Source of the DNA: Piromyces finnis finn
Lineage: Eukaryota; Fungi; Neocallimastigomycota
Assembly (NCBI GenBank): GCA_002104945.1
Contig: MCFH01000040.1
Coordinates: 62,001-126,000, forward strand
Length of the DNA: 64,000 bases
Direction of reading: 5' to 3'
In this document: in pieces, positions 1-12,853 of the stretch
Numbering within the stretch: position 1 is the first letter of the stretch
Layout: each line of letters opens with the position of its first letter
Made by a program: the position numbers and the translations under genes
Notes under the pieces: generated by a model
Database searches by the model: none
Seen by the model: the letters and a program-made list of their open reading frames with translations, nothing else
What the model was told of the DNA's origin: nothing

Positions 1-161
1 ATTTTTTCCTCCATTCCGGCACACTTTGGTGCAATAATGTCTATTAGTGTTCCAAATGTATAAAATATAATAATGATAATTGAAATAAAAAAAAGATAAA
101 TGAATAAAGTAAATTTATAATATTTAAAATTATTTAATGAATTTACTTGTCCAAATTTCAT
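1..161 (-). CDS. 5' end of an SPX-domain protein (phosphate/inositol-pyrophosphate sensing); runs off the left edge
   Basis: ATG at 161; 15-nt exon 1 (MKFGQ), GT at 146, AG at 42-41, exon 2 from 40 gives MKFGQTLLHQSVPEWRKK, matching the SPX N-terminal motif MKFGxxL...PEWxxxY. Subfamily cannot be assigned from 18 aa. Confidence 0.8.
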   Translation of the reverse strand, partial: MKFGQVNSLNNFKYYKFTLFIYLFFISIIIIIFYTFGTLIDIIAPKCAGMEEK

Positions 162-447
162 TTTTATTATTATTATTATTATGTTGAAATCTTTAACTAA
201 TAATAATAATAATAATTGGTTATAAAACTTCTTTATTAAATATTGAAATTATAATTCTTTTATAAAATGTAAAAAGTAATTTAATTTTTATATTCTTTTT
301 TTATATTTTATTAATAAAAAATAAAAATGCCATTTTTATATATTAATTTTTTTATTATTAATTTTAATATAAAAAAAAAAAATAAAAAAGCTTATTCCAT
401 AAAAAAAAAACAATTATACATAATTTATTAATAGATCAAAATTATCA

Positions 448-618
448 TGGCAATTTATATATAATTAATAATAAAATAAAATAAAAACTTTAATTTTTTT
501 TTACTATTGGCAAAGCCTAAAATTTATAGTAAAAATCTGCCATACCCACCAACTACCATTACAAATTTACAAATGTTATCATGGAATAATCACTATATTT
601 GTAAAGGTTAAAATGCCA
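448..618. promoter_or_regulatory. Cluster of TGCCA/TGGCA words upstream of the SPX gene; candidate factor-binding sites
   Basis: TGGCA 448-452, TGGCA 508-512, TGCCA 538-542, TGCCA 614-618 (plus TGGCA 1120-1124) in otherwise nearly GC-free sequence. Function is inferred only. Confidence 0.25.
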
Positions 619-1285
619 GGAATTTAAAACATGCCTTTTCCCTAAATGATTATGGGTATTTTTTTAGATTTTCCATTTTTACCGTACCTTCATTTTTTTT
701 GATATCAAGATAAAAAAATTAATATTAAGATTTAATTTATATTAAAATTGACTTTAATATATTTTATTATTTTTAAATTTTTATATTATTTATATAGAAT
801 TAATGATTTTTAAATATATAAAAATATAAAGTAATATACAGTTAATTTATTTTAACATGTCAATAGTATTAATTATTGTTTGTTTTTTTTTAAAAAAAAA
901 ATTTCTGTTTTTTCATAACAATTCATTTTACAATATATTAAAATATATAATAATATATATTATTCAATTTGTTTTTTTATATTAAAATATTTAATTAACC
1001 TACCCGAAAAAGGAAATTTGTGGTAGTATTAATAATTCAAAATTCAAAAAAAAAAAATAAATAAAATACAGAATTTAAATTAATAATAAAAATAGAAACT
1101 ATTCGTAATAAACTTGGTATGGCAGGAAAACGTTTTTTTTATATTATTATTAAAACTTTAAATGAACATTTTTTTAATAACAAATTAAAAGAATGGAAGG
1201 GAGGAAGACTTTTAACGGCTATAGAATGGGATTGAGTTATTTTTTAATAGAAAAACATATTTTTTAAAATTTATTTTAGATATTC

Positions 1286-1381
1286 TATTGAAAAATGTGT
1301 AATTTTTATATAGAAATATTTTTACAAAAATAATATTGAAAAAAAATTAATTTTTATATGGAAATATTTTTACAAAAATAA
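1286..1381. repeat. Imperfect 48-bp tandem duplication
   Basis: tattgaaaaa...aatttttatatRgaaatatttttacaaaaataa at 1286-1333 and 1334-1381. Confidence 0.75.
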
Positions 1382-2453
1382 AAGCTATTTTGCATTTTAT
1401 TAGCTTTTATGTTTATTTTTTATTGTAATTTTAAATAATATAAATAATAATGAAAATATGCAATCCCTATTTTATATATATAAAAAGTAAAAAATATTTC
1501 CTATATTATAATGCATTTATATATATCTTTAACAAATATGAAATGAATATACTAATATATTCTAATACATTTGAAATTTAGAATATACTATTCTTTTTTT
1601 TTCAACATTACAAAGAAATATATCACAAAATGCATTTCATCATTTCTACTCTATTTTTTTATTACATAAATGTAATTTCTTTGTGGCTTTTATTTCCTTT
1701 AAAATGTTTTTTTTTTTTTTTTTTACAAACTATGAATAGGTATAATGAATTTTTTATAAAAATTCATTACAACTATTCTACTATATTTATGTAATGTTAT
1801 TTTTTATAAAAATAAAAAATAACATTACATAAAAACTTTTTAAAAAGATTACTCATACTTTTCAAACACACTTTAAATCTTTATTAATTATTTATAAAAT
1901 ATTAGCATTTAAAAATTAAAACTTTAATAATTATCAATATTAATATTTTAAACTTTAACATTAAACAATAGAAATACAGAAATACATATATTAAAAAAAA
2001 AAGAGGCTTTATCAATTATGTAAAATATAAATATCTATAGCTAAAACCCTTTAAAGTATGTTAATAATGAACATAGAACAAAAAACTAATGTATTGATTA
2101 TATAATATAGTATTAAAATTAATAAAATTATCAAAAGTATTTTTTATTAGATTATTATTATTGTAAAATAAATATTTATATATCTTTCAATAATTAATTA
2201 TCATCATTAATTTCTATTATATTAATTTTCTATTAATTAATTATAAGGATACTTATAATAAACATTAAAAAAAATTAATTATTTTTTTTTTCTTATTATA
2301 TTTTTAATTATTATTTTCATAATAAAAAAAAAACTTTATGTACGTTTTTATTAACTTAAATTATTTTATATAAACAATCTTTTTTACATAGTTATATTAT
2401 ATTAAATTAAATTAGGTTAATTATTTAATTACAATTATTTAATTAGATATAAT

Positions 2454-4058
2454 TTAATAATCATCTTCTTCATCAACATATTCAAGTAAAATGTCAGTTG
2501 AACTTTCAGAAGAGTTATTAGCATAAACTCTGTTTCTACTATGTGGAACAGAGTTGTAAATTTCTTGACTGTCATCACCTTTGTATTCGGTAAGGTATGG
2601 ATCATCATTAAAACGAGAAGTATTCTTTGTAAAATTAAAAGAACCAATATTTTCTTTTGGAATAACAGCTAAATCTGGTTGCTCAATTGGACTAAAAGCC
2701 ATCATGAAATCATTGGTTGGAACTGGTAATTGACAGTGTGGTTTTGGTTGTTTTTGTGGAACTGGTAATGAAGATGAACAACTTTCAAGAGAAGAGGTGT
2801 CAGAAGACATTATTGCTCTTTCAGTATGAACATTGTAAACATCAACATTTTGTTCACTGAAGGTTTCTTTACCATTTGGTGAATAAATTTGAATATGGGC
2901 AATATCATCAAAGTTATTAACTGGAATTTGTAACTTGATTTTTTGACCATTCTTTGTTTTTGCGTAGAGTTCCTTTGCAGTATTGCGATCATATTTATCA
3001 ATTGGTTCACCAAAGATATAATTTTTCTTTGATGTCTTTCTGTGGACTAAAAGTAAGGTAGCACCAGCAGCAATAGATACAGCAACAGCTCCAGTCATAA
3101 CATTAGAACCGCTAGAGGTTTCTTCTTCAACGATTTCAGATGCAACTGGAGTAGTGGAAGCAATCGGAGTTGTTGTTGGATTAGAAGTTGGAGCAGCAGT
3201 AGCTACAGCTTCTTTAACATGAGTAATAACCTTTTTGGTAGTAAAAACACTTTTAATCACTGTAGTCTTAACCTTTGGTTCCTTTGTTGCAATCTTCTTT
3301 ACAGTTTCATATTTAATATTAGCCAATTTCTTAAGATGATGTTTGTTAACCTTTGCCATGTATTTGGCATTATCAATAAACTTTTTGTAAACATCATTAA
3401 TTTCCTTTTCACCAAGGAACTTAATAACCTTTTCGGTTTCTTCTTTAGATAATTCTGGTTGGAATGGACCGTTAATCATTTCACCCTTTTTGTCTACAAT
3501 ACCCCAGAAGACATTTGTTTTGCTTAAATCAATATCTTTCATGGCTTTAACACTTAATTTAAGATCATTGACCTTACAATTTTCACATTCATCTCTAATA
3601 AGGGCTTTAACTGTTGATAATGAATAATTAAAGTTCAAATTTTAAAAATAATTAATTTATTTTATTAAATAATAATAGTTTAGTTATTAATTTATTAAAG
3701 GATTACTTACCAAGTTTGTATTTTCCTTTTGACTTTTCATCAGCTACCATTGCAACAACATAATTGTCACAATTAACTTTTTCATTATTGAAAAGTTCTT
3801 TTGACTATAAAAAAAAGAAAAAAAATGTTAATTTTCCTATTTCATTTATATATATTTTATTTATAAAATTTAATATAATTATTAATCATCTCAACATACA
3901 ATTGCAGCGTAGTAAAGTTTATCATTTCTTTCTAAATTTTCATGCTTGCAGTAGGTAGAAGAAACAATTTCAAAAGATTTTGCGTTAAAGGTTGATTTCT
4001 TTGCATAAACTGCAGCAAAGTTGATTAATAAAGTTAATAATGGTGTGTTGAACTTCAT
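2454..4058 (-). CDS. Type I single-pass membrane protein of unknown function (signal peptide, Cys-containing ectodomain, Thr/Pro/Ser stalk, TM, acidic cytoplasmic tail)
   Basis: Three exons 4058-3900, 3804-3711, 3610-2454 joined by GT-AG introns in frame; N-terminus MKFNTPLLTLLINFAAVYA looks like a signal peptide; TM segment MTGAVAVSIAAGATLLLV. Confidence 0.85.
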
Positions 4059-5338
4059 TTTCTTTCTTCGATATTTTTTTTAAACTTTTTTTATTTAATA
4101 AATAATTATTTTAGTTTTTTATTTTTGTTGAAATTTTAATAAAATTGTTAATTTATAATAGTACCACTAAAAATATTAATTGCCTTTTAAACTAATTATT
4201 ACGGTTTGTAGTTTAAGACAATAATGATAATAAATATTTATAGTGGAGAAAAGGCTTTTATTATATTAGAGTACAAATAACTTTATTTTACAAAATTTTA
4301 TTAGGTTAAAATAGTTAAGTTTTCTCTCTTTTTTTTTTTCTTCCTTAAAAAGTATTTTTTATTTTATATATACAAAATTACGTTTGAAAAAAAAAAAAAA
4401 GAAGATTTATAGTTTTTATATTAAATAAATTCTATCTTCAGCAAATATAATATTATTTGGAAAAGAAGTAAAAAATAATAGGCCGTTGGTTAAATTAGTT
4501 TAATAAATTTTATCATCATTTGTGGTAGTTTTAAATTTAAAATAGTGTTACAAATGAAATTAAAAAAAGATAATTAATTCAACAATATATTCTAATTTTG
4601 TATAATGGATAAAGTTTAATACATTAACATTTATTAAATAATATTTGTTTTTCTTTTTCTTTTTTTACACTCTTATTTGATTACTAAATTATATAACCTA
4701 CAAATATTTTTTCTTTACTTTTTTTATTCAATTTATATTAAAAAAGTCTATAAAAATAATATTTTATATTTTTATAATAAAAATTTATTCGTATGATGAA
4801 AAGTTAATATATTAAGGTAAATAAAAAATCAACCAATACCATATAAATTAATAAATAATAAAAGTAGATTTAAATTAAACTAAAATATTATTTGTAAACT
4901 GAATTTTTTTAATATTTACAAAGTTTATTCTTTAAAAATTATCATCACTGTATTAGTATTATAAATATCGTTAAAAACTATTATTTATACAATGATAACT
5001 ATTATAATAAATTATTCTTCATATTATCATAAATTGTTTCCATGAGAAAATTAATTGTTAATTTTATTATACCTTACTGATAAAAGTAATTTTAATTTTT
5101 ATTAATAAAATATATAAATTTTTGATATTCTTATAAATATTAAAAAAGAAATTATAATTATTATTGTGTTGTTTGAAATGTAAATTAAATTCATAGAAAT
5201 GTGGATTAATTTTAAATCTATGTTAGTATTATTAATGTTTTAAAATGTTTATTAAAAATATAATCATAATAATAGGAATATCTATTAATAATAGATATGA
5301 GTATTATTAATAGATATGAGTATAAAATGTTGCTAAAT

Positions 5339-5820
5339 TTGTATCCGCTTCTTGCTTTCAATAGCCGGTAGAAACCATAGGCAAACTCTGGGTACTCATA
5401 ACATAATTTAATAAAATCTTTAGATCTTTAGTTTCAATAATTTTATTATCGTCATAGTATTGAGCTTAGATTGAGTTTCCTTTGAAATCTTTCCAATAAA
5501 AGTTTTTAAATGCTTTAATATCTCCATGCTTCTTTATTTTTTTTTTTATCAAGGGTCCTACTTGATTTGAACCATTTAAATTTTCTAAATTTAGGAATGT
5601 AATTGAGGTATGAGATAATATAATTTGAATTTTTCCATTTGTTATAACATCTAATCTGAGCTAATGCGTATATTTCAATGAAGAAATATTCAAATCTTTT
5701 GAAATAGAGCTTTATGAACTCTTGCAACTCATCGTATTCCTTTGTTAACATGTTTCTGAGCCATCCTAGACCAAGCTTTGTTGGATCTAAGTAATGGTAC
5801 AAATTCGAATTTAATACTAT
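5339..5820 (-). mobile_element. Decayed non-LTR retrotransposon (LINE-like) ORF2 fragment
   Basis: Reverse complement of 5339-5528 is nearly identical to 47737-47918 (catggagat...gaaagcaagaagcggatacaa); carries a stop, a small ctaaagat duplication and a frameshift in an A-run; the 5515-5802 ORF continues it upstream. Confidence 0.8.
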
Positions 5821-6764
5821 ATTCAGTTTTTATCCTTTATAATGAATTTTTTTTTTTTTTTTTATTTTTGCGAAAAATAATGTATTAAATATAAATTAAT
5901 TTAATGTTGAACGGAGAGATGAATAAAATGACACATTGCAAGATTTACAAAAACAAAAACATCGCTATAAATAAAAAAATTTTTTTTTTTTTTTTTTACC
6001 TATTCCTTACATCTGATTATTTATCAAAAAACATATAAAATAATTAAAAAATATATTCAGACTTTTTAATAATGAACAATAAATATTTAAATATTTATTT
6101 TAATTTTTATTTATTTATTATTCTTATTTTTTTTTTTATATATATTATAATCTTTTATTTTTTTTCGTTTTGTTTGCTTAAAATGCTTTTTTTTTTTATA
6201 TTACAACAAAATTGATATAAATAAACTAATAAATATTTAAAAATTATTAATTTCTAAATATTTAAAACATAATATTAAATATTTGATCAACAAATATTGT
6301 AGTAAAAATAATTTACAAAAATATTTTTCTTTTTAATAAATTACATTTTAACAATATGTTTTTTTTCTTCTTTCCTTTCTTCTTTCATTATCAAAAAATA
6401 TTTCTCTTTTTTTACCTTAACAATATATATATTTCCTTAAATTTATGTAATTTTATTTTGTTTTAAGGGTATATTTATATATAATTAACTTTTTATTGGA
6501 AAACTTTTAAGATAATGAATATATATATTTAATTTGATAGCTTTAATTATCAAATAAAATTTTCTTTTTTTTAATGTTTTTAAATAATAAAAAAAAGAAT
6601 TAATTTTATTCTTTATGAAAAAATAATAAAATTTTTATATATTATAAAGCATCTTAAACTATAAAACAAATTTATACATATTTGTGACAAATATTTATAT
6701 ATTAATTGTATAGTTTTTAATACTTTATAATATTATTTCTCAGGAAAAAAAATCAATTTTTTTC

Positions 6765-8018
6765 TTATAAACGAGAGCATCCAGTAATGGCAACTAATTC
6801 AGCTGGACATTCAACTTCTTCGAAGTTCATCTTTGGATTATCAGCGTTTTCGAACCAACCGAATCTCCATTCACAACCTGGTTGAAGAGACTTTGGTAAA
6901 ATGGAACATTGAGAACCATCAGTGAAACCACCGTAACGTTCACCCCATAAACTGGCATCAGTGTTGAATTGAGCGGAACAACCATCGAAAAGACCAAGAC
7001 CACCACCTGGCATTTGAATATCGAAGTGGTTCTTACCAAGATCATCACCAGTGTTAGTAACTTGGACAATCATTTGCTTACCAGCAATAGAGGTACTAGT
7101 GAAAGTAATCTTGTAACAAGCACAGCACCAATCTTCTTCACCTTGACCTTCAATACTAGCAGCAGCAAAACCGTAAGATAATTGATCATTAATAGCCCAT
7201 GGTTGTTGGTCAACACACATGAAAGCGGAACCACCACCACAACCACTAGTAGTATATTCAATACTAATATGGTTACCATTAACATCACAACTGTTAACTG
7301 GCTTGGTTACAGCAGCCTTGTAGTTCCAAGCACAGGATGGCTTACAACAATCCCAGTAACGAGTAGTTTGACCAGACTTACCCTTAAGATTGATGAATCT
7401 TGGATCAGTTTCTCTGTCAATAACATTACCATATTCATCATAGTTTGGATGAGCACAGTATTCTTGATCAATTTCACAAAGACGGTACATTTCCCAACCA
7501 AATTGAGTTTCACCATCACTAGTAACTTCACAACGAGAACACCATGGATAACCAGATGGACCAGTCATACCATTAGATGGAACATATGGAACGTTACCAC
7601 TAGAATTGTTGCTGCTACTGTTGTTATTATTGTTGTTATTGTTGTTGTTATTGTTGTTGTTATTGTTGTTGTTGTTATTGTTGTTGTTGTTGTTATTTTG
7701 GGATTGACCCTTTGGAATACCACACCAGTCACCATTTTCAATACCCCAGTCACCATCAGAATCAGTGGTAACAACATCCTTAGTATTCTTACAGCATGGG
7801 TAACCTAAAGCTTGAGCCCAGCATGAGGCAGATGAAGATGAAGATCCGCCAATACCACACCAATCACCATTTTCAACACCCCAATCACCGTCAGCATCGG
7901 TGTAAACAGCTTGGGTACCAGCTTTACAGCATGGGTAACCTAACTTAGTGGAGAAACAATCGGCAGAAGCCTTAGCTGCAAGAGCAGCAATCATAGCGAA
8001 AGCAGTTAAACACTTCAT
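6765..8018 (-). CDS. Cellulosomal GH45 endoglucanase: signal peptide, two fungal dockerins, poly-Asn linker, a CBM10-like module, GH45 catalytic domain
   Basis: Intronless 417-aa ORF. Dockerins C..LGYPCC...[14 protein letters not shown] twice; GH45 signatures [12 protein letters not shown] and [13 protein letters not shown] with both catalytic Asp. Confidence 0.97.
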   Translation of the reverse strand: MKCLTAFAMIAALAAKASADCFSTKLGYPCCKAGTQAVYTDADGDWGVENGDWCGIGGSSSSSASCWAQALGYPCCKNTKDVVTTDSDGDWGIENGDWCGIPKGQSQNNNNNNNNNNNNNNNNNNNNNNNNNNSSSNNSSGNVPYVPSNGMTGPSGYPWCSRCEVTSDGETQFGWEMYRLCEIDQEYCAHPNYDEYGNVIDRETDPRFINLKGKSGQTTRYWDCCKPSCAWNYKAAVTKPVNSCDVNGNHISIEYTTSGCGGGSAFMCVDQQPWAINDQLSYGFAAASIEGQGEEDWCCACYKITFTSTSIAGKQMIVQVTNTGDDLGKNHFDIQMPGGGLGLFDGCSAQFNTDASLWGERYGGFTDGSQCSILPKSLQPGCEWRFGWFENADNPKMNFEEVECPAELVAITGCSRL

Positions 8019-8813
8019 TTTTATTATTTTTTCAATTTTAATTTTATTTCAATTTAGTATACAAATTATTAATAATAATTAAAATGAATAAAATCTGAAA
8101 AACTTAAAAAATATTAAAAAGAGAATTTTATATCATTATATACAAAAAAAATCAATATATAATATATATATAACATATATATTAATAATGTTATATATAG
8201 TAATCTATAATTAAAATAATTAATATATTTTAAAGTTTATTGAATATAATATATAAAAATAACTATTATAATATGAATTAGTAATTTATTAAAGTATATT
8301 TATTATAATTTTATAATAAAATAATAGGTAACAATTATTGGTTTAGAGGAATATTTTATATATTTTATTATTAATACTTTATATTAATAATATATAATGA
8401 TTTTTATTAAGGTATATATTGTATTAATATTATATTTAATATTATATATTGCATAAAAATTAAATTAACATATTTATTTTGAAATGTGCTTTAAGAAAGA
8501 ACAAATAACTATTAATTATAAATTAAAGTTTTATTTTAAAATTATATATATTAAAGTTATTTGTGTGTAACATAGGTGATTCTTAATACAAATTAAAGTT
8601 AATGATATAATATTTTAATCATAGTTTAATAGAGTATATATAAATTAAAGTTTAAGATATTATTTATCCTATGAATACAAATAATTTATTTTTATATAAT
8701 TACATATAATATTTTACTATATACAATAGTTATAAACTATTTAATGTTTAATGTGTAAATATATTATAATTGTAATATATTATATATTATAATATCTAGC
8801 TTACCGTCATAAT

Positions 8814-8957
8814 AGCCAATCATTTTGATTTATATAGGTGATAAAAGTCATAAAACATTTCCTTTTTAAACTCTATTAAATATGAATAATATTAAAATAA
8901 TAAATTACCCAATTGTTAGAGTTGAAATTATTTTAATGAAGCGAAATAAGCCAATGA
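8814..8957. promoter_or_regulatory. Two candidate CCAAT boxes upstream of the GH45 gene
   Basis: AGCCAATCA 8814-8822 and AGCCAATGA 8949-8957 match the extended NF-Y/HAP consensus, ~0.8-0.9 kb upstream of the GH45 ATG. No functional evidence. Confidence 0.3.
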
Positions 8958-9719
8958 AATCTGTGTTTCCTTAAAATTTAATTTAAATATTATAAGTTAA
9001 ATTTAATATTTAATTTACTTTTTAATCTAAATATTAATAAATAAGGTTTTCTTTTATTCAAAAATACTTCAATATATGGAGTATTTTAAACATAGTAAAA
9101 TATTACTAATAAAAATACTGTTGTTGTGGTAATAATAATAATTTATAATTTTTTATTTCCTTTATAATAGAAAATTTATATTGGTATTAATAATTAAAAA
9201 TTTATATTAATTATAAATATCTAAACTAATAATGAAATTATGGATGTTTTCTATTAATTAAATAATGTTGAACACCTTAAAAAGATTATTAAATAAAGTT
9301 TTAATAACTTTTTTTTTTTCCTTTTGTATGAAATGAAATATTTATAATCATTTATTAATAAATTTTTATAATAATGAACTATGTATAATTAATTACTAAT
9401 CAAATCTTTACATAGTTTCTAACTATAATTATATTGAGGTATATAATATCTTAAATAAATAAAATAAAATTGTTGAAATATTTTTTTAATAACTCAGTAA
9501 AAATTTATGATATATATAAATAATTTTAATAGTTATTTAGTTTATTTAACACCTTCTTTAAAGTTTTTTTTTTTTTCCTTTTGTATAGGCATATAAATAT
9601 ATTAGATGTAAATTGACATAATGAATAGGTCAATATCAAGTTATCAAATTTAAGAAAATTTTAATATTGATCTACCAACTTATTACTAATATTAACATAA
9701 TTATCTTAAAATATTTAGA

Positions 9720-10300
9720 GTTTTCAGGATGATGATTCTTGTTCGTTATTCAGTTGTTCGTCATTATTTTCAAAATCATTGGTGTTGAGGTTATTATTCA
9801 ATAAAGAATCATCAATAATATTGTAAATTATATTGTTAATCTATATTGAATTTGATTCCATCATCTTGATTAATTTTTTTAATTAGTAATATTAGTCCTG
9901 CTATGTTTTTTCTATATGAAGTAGCAATTTGAATTGTAATTCTCAGCTAAGACAGTAATAAACCTATCACCTTCCTTAGAGTTATAATTCGTAATAACAT
10001 TTTGATGATAATTTATAATATATCCTACTTTGCATATTATAGTAATTGTTAATTCTTTAACATACCACCAGATACATTTAAAACTATAGAATTATTTGTT
10101 CAACTAGTATCATGTTCTTATTTTTGATTATTATAGGAATCAAAAATAATTTCTTGATCAATATTACAGCATCTATAAATTTCATTACGTTCCAAATTAA
10201 ATGGATGATTAATATTGTATAAATAAGCATTATTTCTTAATCATAATATATATAAAAATTAATTCTTGTTTTTGTAGAGGGCGGATTTGGACCCCTCTAT
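9720..10300 (-). pseudogene. Possible decayed coding or transposon remnant
   Basis: GC above the flanks; minus strand gives protein-like pieces (NNAYLYNINHPFNLERNEIYRCCNIDQEIIF, GYIINYHQNVITNYNSKEGDRFITVLAE) broken by stops and frame changes. Family not recognised. Confidence 0.3.
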
Positions 10301-10535
10301 GGAAACAAAATCTTTCTAAATCTTGTAATGATTGTTAAAAATTTACAAGAATTAATACAATAAAAAAATATTTTAAAAGAAATAAGACATAAAATATATT
10401 AAATTTGTATAGTTGTATTATAAAGTAATATTTATATTTAAGTAATTAAACAAGAAATATATTATTATAAACTAAAAAAAAATATTAAAGTTGTTATTTT
10501 ATCATATTAGTTATAGCCATGTGATTGGAAATATT

Positions 10536-10672
10536 TAATAATAGTGACAGGCATTAATTCACATGGATTAAGGGAAATTTACATGACAGGTTAACATTTC
10601 TCTAATAATAGTGACAGGCATTAATTCACATGGATTAAGGGAAATTTACATGACAGGTTAACATTTCTCTAA
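10536..10672. repeat. Perfect 67-bp tandem duplication
   Basis: taataatagtgacaggcattaattcacatggattaagggaaatttacatgacaggttaacatttctc at 10536-10602 and 10603-10669. Confidence 0.95.
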
Positions 10673-12853
10673 GAATCACTATTAGAATTATTTTAATAGA
10701 TAGGAAAAATGTACTAAGGAATTAAAAAAAATTCAATATTCTAACAAGTATGATTATTATTAAAGTTTATAAATAATCCATTATAGTAAATAAATATTTT
10801 ATATTTTATTTACTATATACCCATTATATATATTATATCTCTAGCTATTTTTTTGATTCTTAAGGTTGTAGTAGTACAATTTTGATGCTTAACCAATGAA
10901 ATTTTAATTATACAAAATTTATAAAAAATAAATTAAATTAAATATAAATATTTAATATTGGAAATTTATAATATAAAAACATAGCTGATTAATGTAAAAG
11001 TATCTTTTTTTTTAAAAAAATTAAAATAAAAATCATTATTATATAAAATTTGTATAATAAACTAATAAAGTTAAATATTTAAAAAAATATTATAAACATT
11101 ATAATATTATATAAATATAAATATAAATATATAAATAAATATAACAATAAATTTATCATACTCATACTATTTATAAATTAAATCTAATATTGTATTATTA
11201 ATGCTGTTAGAAATTATTAATAAAAAGTAATTAAATATATATCTTATTTATAAAAATTAAATTTTCATTAATATCGTAATCACCACATTTTTTTTAGTTG
11301 CTTTTAAATATTTTTGAATACAAGAATTAAAGTTACCAATTAAGTTAAGTTAATATAAATGAAAATATTATAAAATCTTGATGGATTAATGTGTAAATTA
11401 TTTCCATAAAAACAATATGAAAAATGAATAAATATATTGACATCTTTTTAGATTAAATTTTATTTTAATCCTTTTCTTTTTTTTCTATTCATTCCATTAG
11501 CTTTAAAAATAAAGGTGAAAGAATCTTTTGACTAATTTCTTCTTATTTTTTTAAATTTTAAAATTTAATGAAAAATGTATGATACCTTTTATTTTTGGTT
11601 TTGTGATACATATTGTTAAAAATAAATATTTTTTAATTCCACTTATTTTAATCTTATTAAAAAAGATTCCATATTATATATATTTGTATAAACGATTATA
11701 AAAAATATATATATAATAAATATCAAAAAAGATATATATTACTTTAATTCATTCCTTATAATTTTACAAAAGAATTAAATATTTATGTATTAGTATTAGA
11801 TCATTTAGTTAGATATATGAAACATTGAATTATTTTCTATATATAACATTATTTATTATGTATGCAATAACATATTTTATCATTTATAATTAAAATAATA
11901 TATTTAAGGAAAAAAAAAACTTATTTTATAGCTTATTATAGTTTTATAGATGTATCATAGGTATGTAAAAACCATTCTAAATTATTAAGAATTTATTTTA
12001 CCTTTTCCTATATATATTAAAATATTAAATAAAAATAATTTAAAATAATTAATATATTTTAATTATAATTTAGTGTCATATATTAATAATATAATTCAAT
12101 TAATAATAATTATTTAAAAAATATTGTTAAAGGAAGGTGGTGTTAAAATCCTCCAAGGTATTTTTAGTGATTTAAAAATATTATTTAAAAATAGAAGATA
12201 TATTCTTTTTAATGTATATATATATATATACATTTTAAAAGCTTATTATAGCAAAATAACAATATAAATTATAAAGAGATATTATGCTTATTTCGGAAGA
12301 AATAAATACTTAATAATAATAAAAAAACTTAATAAACATTAAACAAAAAAAAAAAAAGAGCAATTATTTTTATTAATACAAAAGTTCACTTGTTTATTAT
12401 ATTATATTATATCATTTTATTTTTATTTTTGTGAAAAGAGGATATTTTTTAAAGAATATTGTTAAAGTTCTTTTTTTTTTTTTTTTAAAAAATATTTTCT
12501 ATTAATTAATGTACTTGAAGAATAATAAAATCTTTTAATAAATAATCTTTTTTTTTTTTTTTTTCTTATCGAAAACACCAATTTATGTAAATGAAATTGT
12601 TTTTATTTAAAACAAGAATAAATAAATTCAAAATTTATACGTTAACTTTAAAGTCCAGCTTAAATACAGTATATTATTAAAAAAAGAAATACAATTAATT
12701 TGATGAATTTATATGTAATAGAGTAAAATTAAAAAAATTCCATCATCTTTTTAAGTTCATATTTTCAATTATACACATAATAAAATAAACATCGAAGAAT
12801 CCACATTTTTTTATAATTATTATTTTTTTTATCAAATAAATATAAATAAAAAA

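Noticed and set aside
6827-7808. Antisense and alternative-frame ORFs over the GH45 gene, and similar ones over the swollenin and kinase
   Set aside because: Shadows of biased codon usage and repeats in real genes.
10275-10320. Definite Helitron 3' end or TIR
   Set aside because: No clear CTRR end at the expected distance and no matching inverted terminus found in the window; kept only as a weak finding.
10536-10672. CRISPR-like or other spaced array
   Set aside because: Two abutting units with no spacers, in a eukaryotic context.
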